Shown: positions 9,048-17,900 of the stretch, in pieces
How the letters are laid out: each line of letters starts with the position of its first letter
Position numbering within the stretch: position 1 is the stretch's first letter
Origin: an uncultured Chloroflexia bacterium
Lineage (GTDB): Bacteria; Chloroflexota; Limnocylindria; Limnocylindrales; CSP1-4
DNA: 64,000 bases
Direction: 5' to 3'
Assembly: GCA_963833225.1 (NCBI GenBank)
Contig: CAWHXD010000017.1
Coordinates: 288,001-352,000 of the forward strand
Notes under the pieces: model-generated
Databases searched by the model: none
What the model saw: only the letters and a program-made list of their open reading frames with translations
Told to the model about the DNA's origin: nothing
Made by a program: the position numbers and the translations under genes

Positions 9048-9143
9048 GGCCGACGGAGGTCGCACTGGCGCCGCGATCCCGTCGGGCGCCGGGGGCCTGT
9101 CGGCCGACGCAGGTCGCACTGGCGCCGCGATCCCGTCGGGCGC
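9048..9143. repeat. Two 42-bp palindromic direct repeats, period 54
   Basis: GGCCGACG(G/C)AGGTCGCACTGGCGCCGCGATCCCGTCGGGCGC at 9048 and 9102. Confidence 0.85.
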
Positions 9144-9440
9144 GGGGAGCCCGAACGGTCTCAGCGCGGAACGGGCTGGGCGCCCGGCGCCTCAGACGTC
9201 ACGCGAGGCGCGCCGGGGGGCAACAGGTGAGGCTCCAAACGCCCGATCCGGCGCGCCGCGTCCTCGTTGGGGCGCCGGGGGCCCGCTGGGCGCCAGGGGC
9301 CCGCCGTCCGTCGGCGGGAGCGCCCTGGCGCGGGTGGCCCGCCGCCGGCGCGACCGCCTCGCACCCGCCGTCGGCGCAGGCGCCCGGGCGCCGCGGCTCC
9401 CTCGCTTGACAGACCCGCCCGCCGGGGGTCCGATTCGCGC

Positions 9441-10562
9441 ATGCTCCGCCTCCACCGGGCCCACCGCGCAGGTCTCGTCGCCGCCGTCGCTGCCCTGCCT
9501 CTCGCCCTCGCCTACCGCTTCGCGCTCGTCTATCGCCTTCGTGCCGGGTACCCGCAGCGCCACCCACCCGCCTACCGGCCGGACATCGCCGGGCTGACCT
9601 GGGACGAGGTCCTCGTCCCCAGCTCGGATGGCGTGGAGCTGCCCGGGTGGTTCATCCCTGCCGGCAACAATCGCGCGCCCGGCGTGGCGCTGATCCACGG
9701 CTGGGAGTCGGCGCGCGACCGCACCCTCCCTCACGCCCAGATCCTCCACGCGGCGGGGTTCCATGTCCTCACGATCGACGTCCGCGGCCACGGCAGCAAC
9801 GGGCCGGAGGCCCTCCCCCTGTCCGCGGGCGAGTACGCAGCCGATGCCCGAGCCGCCGCCGCCTGGCTCCGCGCGCGGCCGGAGGTGGATCGCGTGGCAC
9901 TCCTCGGCCATTCGATGGGCGCCGCCGGTGCGCTCGTCGCAACGGCCGATGACCCCGATATCAGCGCGGTGGTCGCGGTCGCCGCACCGGCCGATCCGTC
10001 CCGCCTCACGCGCCAGACCTTCCGCCTCGCCAGGCTGCCGATCCCGGGCGTCATCGCCTGGCCGCTCGCCTGGTTCACGACCCGCGTCTACCTCCGACCC
10101 CGCGGTCACACGGTCGCATCGATCAGCGCGACGCACGCGGTCCGGGCCATCACCGTGCCGGTCATGCTCTGCCACGGGACCGACGACGGCGTCGTGCCCT
10201 TCTCCGACCTTGGCCGGCTCGCGGCAGCCCGCCGGGCCGCCCGGCCCACCGCCGTCACCGAGACCCACGTCGTCGCGGATGGTCGGCATTCATGGCTGTA
10301 CGAAGATGCGCCATACCGGGCCGCGATCGCGCGCTTCCTCGCCACCGCGCTGGGCGGCCCCCTCGCGCCCGAGACGGCAGCCGCCGTCGCCGCGACCGTC
10401 GACGCCCGCCGCCTGCCCGACCCGGAGCGACTCGCCACCCTCGACGAGCAGCCGGGCGGTCTGCGATCGCTGGTGCTGCTCATCCGCCGCCACGAGCTTC
10501 GGCCGTCGGTGGCCGATGCCCCGGGTGTGGCTCTCGCGGCCCCCGAAGGGGCCGGACGATGA
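9441..10562 (+). CDS. Alpha/beta hydrolase with N-terminal membrane anchor
   Basis: IHGW, DVRGHG, GHSMG nucleophile elbow, HGTDD and GRH; upstream TTGACA at 9406. Confidence 0.9.
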   Translation: MLRLHRAHRAGLVAAVAALPLALAYRFALVYRLRAGYPQRHPPAYRPDIAGLTWDEVLVPSSDGVELPGWFIPAGNNRAPGVALIHGWESARDRTLPHAQILHAAGFHVLTIDVRGHGSNGPEALPLSAGEYAADARAAAAWLRARPEVDRVALLGHSMGAAGALVATADDPDISAVVAVAAPADPSRLTRQTFRLARLPIPGVIAWPLAWFTTRVYLRPRGHTVASISATHAVRAITVPVMLCHGTDDGVVPFSDLGRLAAARRAARPTAVTETHVVADGRHSWLYEDAPYRAAIARFLATALGGPLAPETAAAVAATVDARRLPDPERLATLDEQPGGLRSLVLLIRRHELRPSVADAPGVALAAPEGAGR

Positions 10563-11086
10563 ACGTCTGGGACGCGGTCCACGCCAAGCGGGCGGTGCGC
10601 GAGTTCTCGGACCGACCGATCCCGGACGAGGCGCTCGACCGGATCGTCCGGGCCGGGACTCGCGCCCACAGCTCCAAGAACCAGCAGCGCTGGGCATTCA
10701 TCGTGGTTCGCGACCGCCAGCGGCTCGCGGCGCTCTCACGCACCGGGCGGTACGCCGGTCATCTCGCCGGTGCCGCCGCCGCCGTGGCGCTGGTCACGCC
10801 GGATCCCGAGGGACCCGGACAGCCACTCAGCGTGGTCTGGGATGTCGGCGGCGCAGCCGCGCAGATGATGCTGGTCGCCTGGGAGCTGGGCATCGGGAGC
10901 TGTCCCGCCACCGTGTACGAACAGGCCGTTGCGCGCGAGATCCTGGGCTACCCGGAGGACCGATGGTGCGAGTACGTCCTGTCGTTCGGCTACCCGGCGG
11001 ACCCCGAACGGCTCACGGCCCCGAACCGGGCGGGTGGCCGACGCCCGATTGCCGAGGTGGTCCATCGCGAGCGCTGGGGGGGCTGA
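10559..11086 (+). CDS. Nitroreductase family protein
   Basis: KRAVREFSDRPIP...AHSSKNQQRWAF...ELGIGSC...FGYP; ATGA overlap with the upstream gene. Confidence 0.9.
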   Translation: MNVWDAVHAKRAVREFSDRPIPDEALDRIVRAGTRAHSSKNQQRWAFIVVRDRQRLAALSRTGRYAGHLAGAAAAVALVTPDPEGPGQPLSVVWDVGGAAAQMMLVAWELGIGSCPATVYEQAVAREILGYPEDRWCEYVLSFGYPADPERLTAPNRAGGRRPIAEVVHRERWGG

Positions 11087-11093
11087 TGCCTCG

Positions 11094-12368
11094 CTAGCTC
11101 GTCGCGTCGTCGTAGGTCGGGTCGTCGCGCTCGACGTCGAGCGCGTCGAGCGCGGAGGTGCTGCCGGCGTGCGCCTGCTCCGGGGCCGGCGCGCCTTCGG
11201 CCAGGTAGGACTCGATCGCCATGTCCAGGCCCACGTCCCGGCCCGCCTGCTCGGACAGCAGCCACTTGTGCTCGAGCACGTCGCAGTACGCCTGGACCAC
11301 GTCGCGATCCGGGCCCACCCAGGATCGGATCCGGGCGAGGGTCGGTCGATAGACCTCGCGCAGCCACCGGTCGGTCGCCTCCTCCGACGACACGCTATGG
11401 CCACCCGACCACTCCAGCCAGCAGCGGTACTCGGCAATGTCGTTGAGCAGGATCCGAGCCTGTCCCTCGAGCGTGCGCAGCTTCGTCCGCCGCTCCAGCT
11501 CGTTGGCGTGGTACCGGCGTGTCGTGACCAGCGTCCGGAGGCGAACCGTCCCGGCCGGCTCGACCGGGTCCACCTCGACATCCACCGAGAACCCCAGGTC
11601 GTTGAGCCCACGCAGCCTGGCGCGGATGGCACGCCGGTCGCCGGGGATGAGGTCGGACACGTCGTGCAGCTCGTGCCACACCGCGTCGTACCGGACACGC
11701 ACGCTTTCGGCAGCCTCGATGGCGGCGTCCACGTCTTCCGGCCGGTCCTGGTAGGCGGCAAGGTCGGCAAGACCGAAGGCGACGTTCTCCACCAGGATGT
11801 CCAGGTCGAACCGCCGCTGGCCATCCGAGAGACCAGGGTGGACCTCGGATGTCTCGGCATCCACCAGGTACGCCTGGATGCGGTCGCCGTCTCGTCGGAA
11901 CAGGGTGTTCGCCAGCGAGCAGTCGCCCCAGAAGACACCGCCCCGGTGCAGGTCGACCAGGAGCAGCGCCATGGCGTCGAGGAGGCGATCGAGGTAGCCG
12001 GCGCTCACGGAGCGCAGGCGCATCAGGAGTCGGCGGTACTGCATCGAGTGGCGCAGGTACTCCGTCACGAGCACGGAATCTCCGCGCTCCAGCCGGTCCG
12101 CGAGGCCCACGGCTCGCACCGATGGCAGCCCGGCATCCTCGAGGTGGCGGAGGACGGAGAACTCGCGGCTGGCCACGGCCGCCGGCAGCTCCTTGAGCGC
12201 GTAGACCGTGCCGTCGTGGACAAGAAAGCGGACCAGGTGCCGCGATGGCCCAACGGGCAGGTCCCGGAACTCCTGGCTCGGATCGTTCCAGCTCGCGAGC
12301 GGCAGCTCCCAGGGCAGGTCGAGCAGCGAGGCAACCTCGTCGCGGAGCCGGAGACGGGGAAAGCTCAT
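11094..12368 (-). CDS. DUF4032 / Kdo-WaaP kinase-like protein
   Basis: SRHLVRF...ALKE...FWGDCSLANTLFRRD...YLVDAET...VLEHKWLLSE. Confidence 0.85.
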   Translation of the reverse strand: MSFPRLRLRDEVASLLDLPWELPLASWNDPSQEFRDLPVGPSRHLVRFLVHDGTVYALKELPAAVASREFSVLRHLEDAGLPSVRAVGLADRLERGDSVLVTEYLRHSMQYRRLLMRLRSVSAGYLDRLLDAMALLLVDLHRGGVFWGDCSLANTLFRRDGDRIQAYLVDAETSEVHPGLSDGQRRFDLDILVENVAFGLADLAAYQDRPEDVDAAIEAAESVRVRYDAVWHELHDVSDLIPGDRRAIRARLRGLNDLGFSVDVEVDPVEPAGTVRLRTLVTTRRYHANELERRTKLRTLEGQARILLNDIAEYRCWLEWSGGHSVSSEEATDRWLREVYRPTLARIRSWVGPDRDVVQAYCDVLEHKWLLSEQAGRDVGLDMAIESYLAEGAPAPEQAHAGSTSALDALDVERDDPTYDDATS

Positions 12369-12406
12369 CGAGACGTGCAGGGAGCCTGGGCGCGGGTTGC
12401 CCGGAG

Positions 12407-12847
12407 TCAGGGCCGTTTGCGCAGGTAGGCGGCGAGCCCGGCGTCGTAGCCCAGCGACTCGAACAGCTTGCGTGCCTCCGGCCGATGGTGGCCGGCCGTG
12501 ACCTCGAGGAAGGCCGCACCGCGCTCGGTGGCCACCCGCTCGGCCTCGGTCATCAGCTGGCGGCCGATGCCCCGCGCCCTGACCCCGGGGTCCACCACGA
12601 GGGCGACGATCCGCGCGAACCGCTCGTCCGTCTCGAACCGCGGCATGACGTGGAACGCGATGAAGCCGATCACCTCGCCGGATGCCTCGGCCGCGAGCAC
12701 CCCGGAGTCATCGGTGGTGAACCGCTCGATGCGGGCCGCCAGGTCCGACGCACCGGCGGGATAGCCCTCATCCGTGAGGAGACTCGCGAACCGCTCGGCA
12801 TCGTCGGCCGTGGCGGGTCGCACCGTGACAGCAGCAGCGTCGCTCAT
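12407..12847 (-). CDS. GNAT N-acetyltransferase
   Basis: LVVDPGVRARGIGRQLM acetyl-CoA motif A. Confidence 0.88.
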   Translation of the reverse strand: MSDAAAVTVRPATADDAERFASLLTDEGYPAGASDLAARIERFTTDDSGVLAAEASGEVIGFIAFHVMPRFETDERFARIVALVVDPGVRARGIGRQLMTEAERVATERGAAFLEVTAGHHRPEARKLFESLGYDAGLAAYLRKRP

Positions 12848-13545
12848 GGGGCGATGGTACCCGGCGCCGCCGCTCCCGACACCGGCTGACGGCCCTCGGT
12901 CACGATGACGTGCGGCCCGGCCGGGCCGCCGGCGAGCAGCAGCTGGCGCCCGAAGGGCCCGTTTCGCGGCGAGCCAGCGGTGATCCCCCTCGCGCCGGCC
13001 GCCACGAGCCACGCCTCGAGTCCGGAGACCGGCCGGACATAGATCGCGCACGGTCCCTCGCCCTCCCGCGCCAGCGAGGCTGCTGCACGCCCCTCACGGA
13101 CTGGCTCCAGGAGGACCGTCCAGGTGCCCGGCAGCCCGCCGCCCGAGCGCAGCCGCGAGATCGCGTCGAGGTGTTCGTCCTCGACCGATCCCCCGGCTCG
13201 GGGACCAAGCCACATCTCGAGCTCCCGTTCGGCGCCGTCCAGCTCCACGGTCGCCCAGCCCAGGCCGAACAGAACAACCGGTGGCGAGGCGCCGGCCTCG
13301 TGCGCCGGCGGCTCCTCGCCGTCGGGGACGGGCTCCAGGATCAGCCGCCCCGCGGCGCGGGCGTGGTCGGTGGCCGCTTCGCGGATCCAGGGACGCACCT
13401 CGAGAAGCGCCGAGCCAAGGTCCAGCAGCCGGGCACCCGGAGCGAGACCACCAGCCCAGACCGGCACCTCCAGCCTCCGGGCCAGCTCCGCCGCGAACGC
13501 CACGGGTTCGCGCGCCTGCCACGTCAACCGCGCCCAGAGCCTCAT
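12844..13545 (-). CDS. Hypothetical protein, degenerate VOC/glyoxalase-like
   Basis: 4-bp overlaps with both neighbours; VLLEP...EGEGPCAIY...GPFGR segment. Confidence 0.6.
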   Translation of the reverse strand: MRLWARLTWQAREPVAFAAELARRLEVPVWAGGLAPGARLLDLGSALLEVRPWIREAATDHARAAGRLILEPVPDGEEPPAHEAGASPPVVLFGLGWATVELDGAERELEMWLGPRAGGSVEDEHLDAISRLRSGGGLPGTWTVLLEPVREGRAAASLAREGEGPCAIYVRPVSGLEAWLVAAGARGITAGSPRNGPFGRQLLLAGGPAGPHVIVTEGRQPVSGAAAPGTIAP

Positions 13546-14372
13546 CCGAACAGCAGGTCCGGGGACTCGCCGACGGAGGCGAACCCGAGGCGTCCATAGA
13601 GCCGGAGGGCGGGTCCGTTGCCCGAGAACACGCCGAGGTAGGTGCGCCCCGCGACATGCCCGCCCGCAACCGTCATCGCGTGCCGGGTGGTCAGGGCGGC
13701 CAGCCCGCGCCCCCGATGGCCAATGACCGTCCCGATGGACGACAGGTAGGTGAGGCCATCGAACGTGGTGGCCTTCGCGGCAGCGGCCGGCTCGTCGTCC
13801 ACCCGGGCGAGGACCAGCACGATCCGCGGATCGTCGATGGTCGCCGCCAGCTCGACCGCCAGCTGCGCGGCGCGACCCGGTTGCGCCCCGAATGACTCGG
13901 CGAGCACGAGCGCAAGGTCGTCGACATCGGCGGGTCCCGCATCCGCGGCCGACCGGATCGCCTGCAGGGTGACACCCCGTCCCAGCTCGATCGGGCGCAC
14001 CGGCGGGCTCGAACCCGGATCGTCGAGCACCATCAGGTGCCCTCCGCCAATGTCGTGGAACCCATGGGCGACAAGGCGGTCCACGAGGTCCGCCGGGGCC
14101 GAGCCCACGGGTGACGGCCAGACATGCGGCCGACGGCCGAGGCTGGCGAACAGGGCCAGCGCTTCGGTGAGGCGGCGATCGAACCCGGCCGGCTCGTCAG
14201 GCCAGCGCACGCTCACCATTCGGTTCCAGAACACGTCCGTGTCGCGCGGGTCGTGGAGCACGACGGCATGACCCAGCTCCAGGACATCCCGGGCGGGGAT
14301 TGCGTGCGCACGGGTCTCGTGAAGCTCGAGCCTGCGGATGGCCGCGTCGTTGACCGTGAGGTGGCGGATCAC
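13542..14372 (-). CDS. GNAT N-acetyltransferase (FR47-like C-terminus)
   Basis: IGTVIGHRGRGLA...NGPALRLYGRLGF. Confidence 0.85.
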   Translation of the reverse strand: MIRHLTVNDAAIRRLELHETRAHAIPARDVLELGHAVVLHDPRDTDVFWNRMVSVRWPDEPAGFDRRLTEALALFASLGRRPHVWPSPVGSAPADLVDRLVAHGFHDIGGGHLMVLDDPGSSPPVRPIELGRGVTLQAIRSAADAGPADVDDLALVLAESFGAQPGRAAQLAVELAATIDDPRIVLVLARVDDEPAAAAKATTFDGLTYLSSIGTVIGHRGRGLAALTTRHAMTVAGGHVAGRTYLGVFSGNGPALRLYGRLGFASVGESPDLLFG

Positions 14373-14441
14373 GCCGCCACGGTACCGCTGGAGGCGCAAT
14401 CGGAGCTGGGCGGGCCTGCTGGGCGGGCCTGCTGGACCGGC

Positions 14442-15452
14442 CTAGCGGCGCGCGACGATCGCCGTTGCCCCCGACGGAAGGTCGATCAGCTCGGGCGTGG
14501 TCACGCCCGCATCGGCGAACCAGCCCAGCGCCTCCGACCGCGTCACCAGGCGCGTGCCCATCAACAGCTCGTCGAGCTGGACGCCGGCAAGCAGCTCCGC
14601 ATGGCGCGTCTGGAGCTCGTCTGGATCCGTTGGCAGGTACCAGTCGAGCGCCACCAGCCAGCCCCCCGGCGCCAGCGCTGCCACCGCCGACCGGATCGCT
14701 GCCACGGGATCGGCCAGTTGGTGGAGCGCGTATTGGAAGTAGGCGAGGGTCGCATCACCCTCGTGGTCGATCGTGGTCACGTCGTCCTGCTCGATGGTGA
14801 TCCGGTCGCCCAGCACCGCGGCCGCGACGGCCGCGCGCGCGCGGGCGACGGAGTCCGCCTCGAACTCCACCCCGACCAGGTGCGTGCCCGGGAACCGTCG
14901 GGCCATCGCGATCAGCCAGCGGCCTCCGCCGCAGTGGATATCCAGGATCCGCGAACCCGGGGCCAGGTCAAGCACGAGCTGCGGCACGGCCGGCAGCACC
15001 TCGCCAAAGAAGACGGCAATGTCCTGCACCGTGAGCCGCTCGATCGCCTCGCGGTATCGGTCCGGCCGGCTCGCGAGCGGAACGCCCGTGCGGAGCACGT
15101 CGGGAAGACTCGCAAAATCGAGGCTGCCGATGGCTGCGTGCAGATACTGGCCGCCGAGGTACTCCGGGCGGTTGGCGTCCAGCAGGATGCGGGCGATGTC
15201 GTCGGCCAGCCGGATCCGCCCGTCACCAGCCGGCTCGACCAGGTCATGGGCCACGGCCCCCCACGCCCAGCGGGTGATCAGTGACGGGTCCGTGTCCGTT
15301 CGCCGCGCCAGCTCCTCCGGGGTGAGCCCCGGCACCCCCGCGCCCCGCAGGCGCGCGAACAACCCGAGCTTGATGCCGGTGACCGCGTACCACGCGCGGT
15401 AGAAGCCACCGAGACTGGCGACCAGGTCATCGAATCGGTCGTCGAGCTGCAT
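14442..15452 (-). CDS. Class I SAM-dependent methyltransferase with N-terminal winged helix
   Basis: ILDIHCGGG motif I; N-terminal LGLF...LTPEELARR. Confidence 0.85.
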   Translation of the reverse strand: MQLDDRFDDLVASLGGFYRAWYAVTGIKLGLFARLRGAGVPGLTPEELARRTDTDPSLITRWAWGAVAHDLVEPAGDGRIRLADDIARILLDANRPEYLGGQYLHAAIGSLDFASLPDVLRTGVPLASRPDRYREAIERLTVQDIAVFFGEVLPAVPQLVLDLAPGSRILDIHCGGGRWLIAMARRFPGTHLVGVEFEADSVARARAAVAAAVLGDRITIEQDDVTTIDHEGDATLAYFQYALHQLADPVAAIRSAVAALAPGGWLVALDWYLPTDPDELQTRHAELLAGVQLDELLMGTRLVTRSEALGWFADAGVTTPELIDLPSGATAIVARR

Positions 15453-15501
15453 GGGAGCATTGTGGCATGCAACCGATGGCGCGCCGCTCGGGTTCTGAAC
15501 C

Positions 15502-16086
15502 GTGATGGACGACACGGAGCTCGCTCGCCGCCTCGCCCGGGATCTGGACGGATCGTTCGAGATCCTGGTCCGCTCCCACGTGGACCGGTGCCACTCGATC
15601 GCCCTGCGGCTGACCGGCAGTCCTCACGATGCGGAGGAGATCACCCAGGACGCCTTCATCCGTGCCCACCGTGCGCTCAGCGGCTATCCACCGCAGCGGA
15701 TCGAGGAGCTCCGGGTGCGTCCGTGGCTGGCCACGATCGTGCTCAACCTGTGCCGGAACCGTGCCCGCTCAAGACCCAGGACCGCCCACGCGTCGCTGGC
15801 GACGCTCGCCGAGATGGGCCTCGAGCCGGCCGCCGGCGCCGACTCGGACCCTGCGGGCCTCGCACTCGCCGGATCCGCCCGTGACCGGCTCGCGGCGCAC
15901 CTCGCCGCGTTGCCCGAGCGCTACCGCGTCCCCGTCGTGCTCCGCCATGTCGACGACCTCTCGTACGCCGAGCTCGCCGCCGTCCTCGGCCGTCCCGAGG
16001 GCACCCTGAAATCCCAGGTCCACCGCGGCCTCGCGCTCCTCCGGGAAGCGATGGCCGGTACCGACCTGGAGGAGCTGACCGCATGA
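15502..16086 (+). CDS. ECF (sigma-70 group 4) RNA polymerase sigma factor
   Basis: DAEEITQDAFIRA...WLATIVLN region 2; LPERYR...LSYAELA...GTLKSQVHRG region 4. Confidence 0.92.
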   Translation: MMDDTELARRLARDLDGSFEILVRSHVDRCHSIALRLTGSPHDAEEITQDAFIRAHRALSGYPPQRIEELRVRPWLATIVLNLCRNRARSRPRTAHASLATLAEMGLEPAAGADSDPAGLALAGSARDRLAAHLAALPERYRVPVVLRHVDDLSYAELAAVLGRPEGTLKSQVHRGLALLREAMAGTDLEELTA

Positions 16087-16895
16087 CCCGTTCGCTGCAC
16101 CCGACCCTCACCGACGACGCCCCCGGCGCGTTTGGAGCGCTGGCGGTGCCCGCCCCGCCGCACGTGGCCGACGACGTCCTCGTCGAGGTCGGCCTCGCCG
16201 ACCGGATGGCGCCGTTCCCGTCGCCAATCGGGACGCTGTGGATCGCCTGGAACGGTCGTGGCGTCGCCGAGGTGGAGCTTGCCGACGATGGCGCCGATGC
16301 CGTGGCCCGGCACGAGACCCGGTCCGGACGTCGCACGATCCCCTCGGACGGGCTGCCCGTCGCGCTCGCGGATGCCTTCTCCCGTCGCCTCGCCGGCGAC
16401 AGGCGGGTGCGCGTCTCGCTCGACCTGCGCGGTCGTACGGAGTTCGAGGTGTCCGTGTGGACCAAGGCGCTTGAGATCCCTCGGGGTGAGGTGCGCCCGT
16501 ATGGGTGGATCGCTGCGGAGATCGGGCGCCCGAAGGCCGTCCGCGCGGTTGGGACGGCCCTCGGCCACAACCCGGTCCCGCTCATCGTCCCCTGCCACCG
16601 CGTCGTGCGCACCGACGGCACCATCGGCCAGTACAGCCTCGGCGGGCCCGGCAACAAGCGGACGATCCTCGCTGCAGAGGGCCTGGACCCGGACGCGCTG
16701 GAGGAAGCCGCCCGGCGTGGCGAGCGGCTGTCCGGGTCCACCACGACCCGGATCGTCTGCTGGCCGACCTGCCGCCACGCCCGGCGGACGCAGGAGCGGT
16801 ACCGGGTGTCGTTCCGCTCCCTGCGCGAGGCGGGGGCTATGGGGTATCGCCCGTGCAAGGTGTGCCGCCCCACGGCGATCGCGACGGCCGCCTGA
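16083..16895 (+). CDS. ogt: Methylated-DNA--protein-cysteine methyltransferase with C-terminal Ada Zn-binding domain
   Basis: RAVGTA...NPVPLIVPCHRV active site; C-terminal CWPTC...RPCKVCRP. Confidence 0.9.
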   Translation: MTRSLHPTLTDDAPGAFGALAVPAPPHVADDVLVEVGLADRMAPFPSPIGTLWIAWNGRGVAEVELADDGADAVARHETRSGRRTIPSDGLPVALADAFSRRLAGDRRVRVSLDLRGRTEFEVSVWTKALEIPRGEVRPYGWIAAEIGRPKAVRAVGTALGHNPVPLIVPCHRVVRTDGTIGQYSLGGPGNKRTILAAEGLDPDALEEAARRGERLSGSTTTRIVCWPTCRHARRTQERYRVSFRSLREAGAMGYRPCKVCRPTAIATAA

Positions 16896-16959
16896 CACAG
16901 GGCCGCCGCCCCGGCGAACGGCCCTGGTCCACTGCCAGGCCGTCATGGCGGCCCCGGAA

Positions 16960-17023
16960 ACGACAGAACCCCCGACCCGCGAGCCGCGATTTCGGCTCAG
17001 CGGGAGCGGGGGCTCCGTGTCGT
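16960..17023. terminator. Long imperfect hairpin between convergent genes
   Basis: ACGAC..CCCCG..CCCGC GAGCCG / CGGCTC..GCGGG..CGGGG..GTCGT. Confidence 0.5.
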
Positions 17024-17053
17024 CAGGCGGTGTTCAACCGCCCCTGGTCCGGG

Positions 17054-17716
17054 CTAGCGGTTGCGAGCGCGCCGCCGCGTGGTCGGCAGCAGGGCCAGCG
17101 TCGAGCCCGCAAGCAGGAGGAGGACAAACGGGAGACCCACACCCGGTCCACCCGAGGAGTTGTCGAGCCCATCGGTCGGCGGCGGCGTGATGCGCGGGGT
17201 CCCGGTCTCGGCCTCAACGGTCCCCGTCGGGGTGGCCTGGGGCGTCGGGGTGACGTCGGGCGTCGGGGTCGGAGTGACCTCGGGCGTCGGGGTCGGGTCA
17301 GGCGTCTGCGACGGCAGCGGCGAGGGATCCTCGCAAGCCTCGATCGAGCGGTCGAACGTCTTGCTCCATCCCTTTGACCCGGTCGGGTCGTCCCAGGCGG
17401 ACACGACGACCTTGGCCGTGTGCGATGCGGTCGGGGGCGTCACGGACCAGGTGTGGCTGTACGAGGATCCGAACGAGAACGGGGAGCCACTCACGGCGAC
17501 GTTGTCGATCGAAACCGCGACGGTGTTGGAGCCACCGCTGTTGTAAGCCGCCAGGTTGACCTTGAGGCCGTCCTGACAGGTCAGGGTCACATTGGGTGTA
17601 TGGGCCGACACGCCGCCGGCAAGCGCCAGCAGCAGGGTGCCTGCCATGAGTGCCGACAGCGCGGAGCGGACGCTCCGTCGCCCAGCGGTGCGGCCGAAGC
17701 CGAATCCCCGAGACAT
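17054..17716 (-). CDS. Secreted Pro/Thr-rich surface protein with sortase-type C-terminal sorting signal
   Basis: Signal peptide (..GGVSA-H), PT linker, then TPPPTD, hydrophobic helix and RRRARNR tail. Confidence 0.75.
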   Translation of the reverse strand: MSRGFGFGRTAGRRSVRSALSALMAGTLLLALAGGVSAHTPNVTLTCQDGLKVNLAAYNSGGSNTVAVSIDNVAVSGSPFSFGSSYSHTWSVTPPTASHTAKVVVSAWDDPTGSKGWSKTFDRSIEACEDPSPLPSQTPDPTPTPEVTPTPTPDVTPTPQATPTGTVEAETGTPRITPPPTDGLDNSSGGPGVGLPFVLLLLAGSTLALLPTTRRRARNR

Positions 17717-17900
17717 TTGCGATGACCTCCCCGGTATCGATTCACCCACCGCGGGGCGATACACCCGGCGGCGGCGCCGGTCGTCCAAGAAACCGGCAGT
17801 GGATAAGGACTCCCCGATGGTACTCGTCCGGGAACGCCATTGGTACCAGGCGATCGATCTCGTGGTGCGTGGCGGCACCCGCCGGACAGCCCCACCGACC

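Noticed and set aside
9048-9143. Mini CRISPR array
   Set aside because: Only two units with a 12-bp spacer and no cas genes; the 5314-5380 repeat fails for the same reasons.
9192-9410. Small Arg/Pro-rich minus-strand ORF
   Set aside because: Low-complexity sequence without a convincing start, lying in a divergent promoter region.
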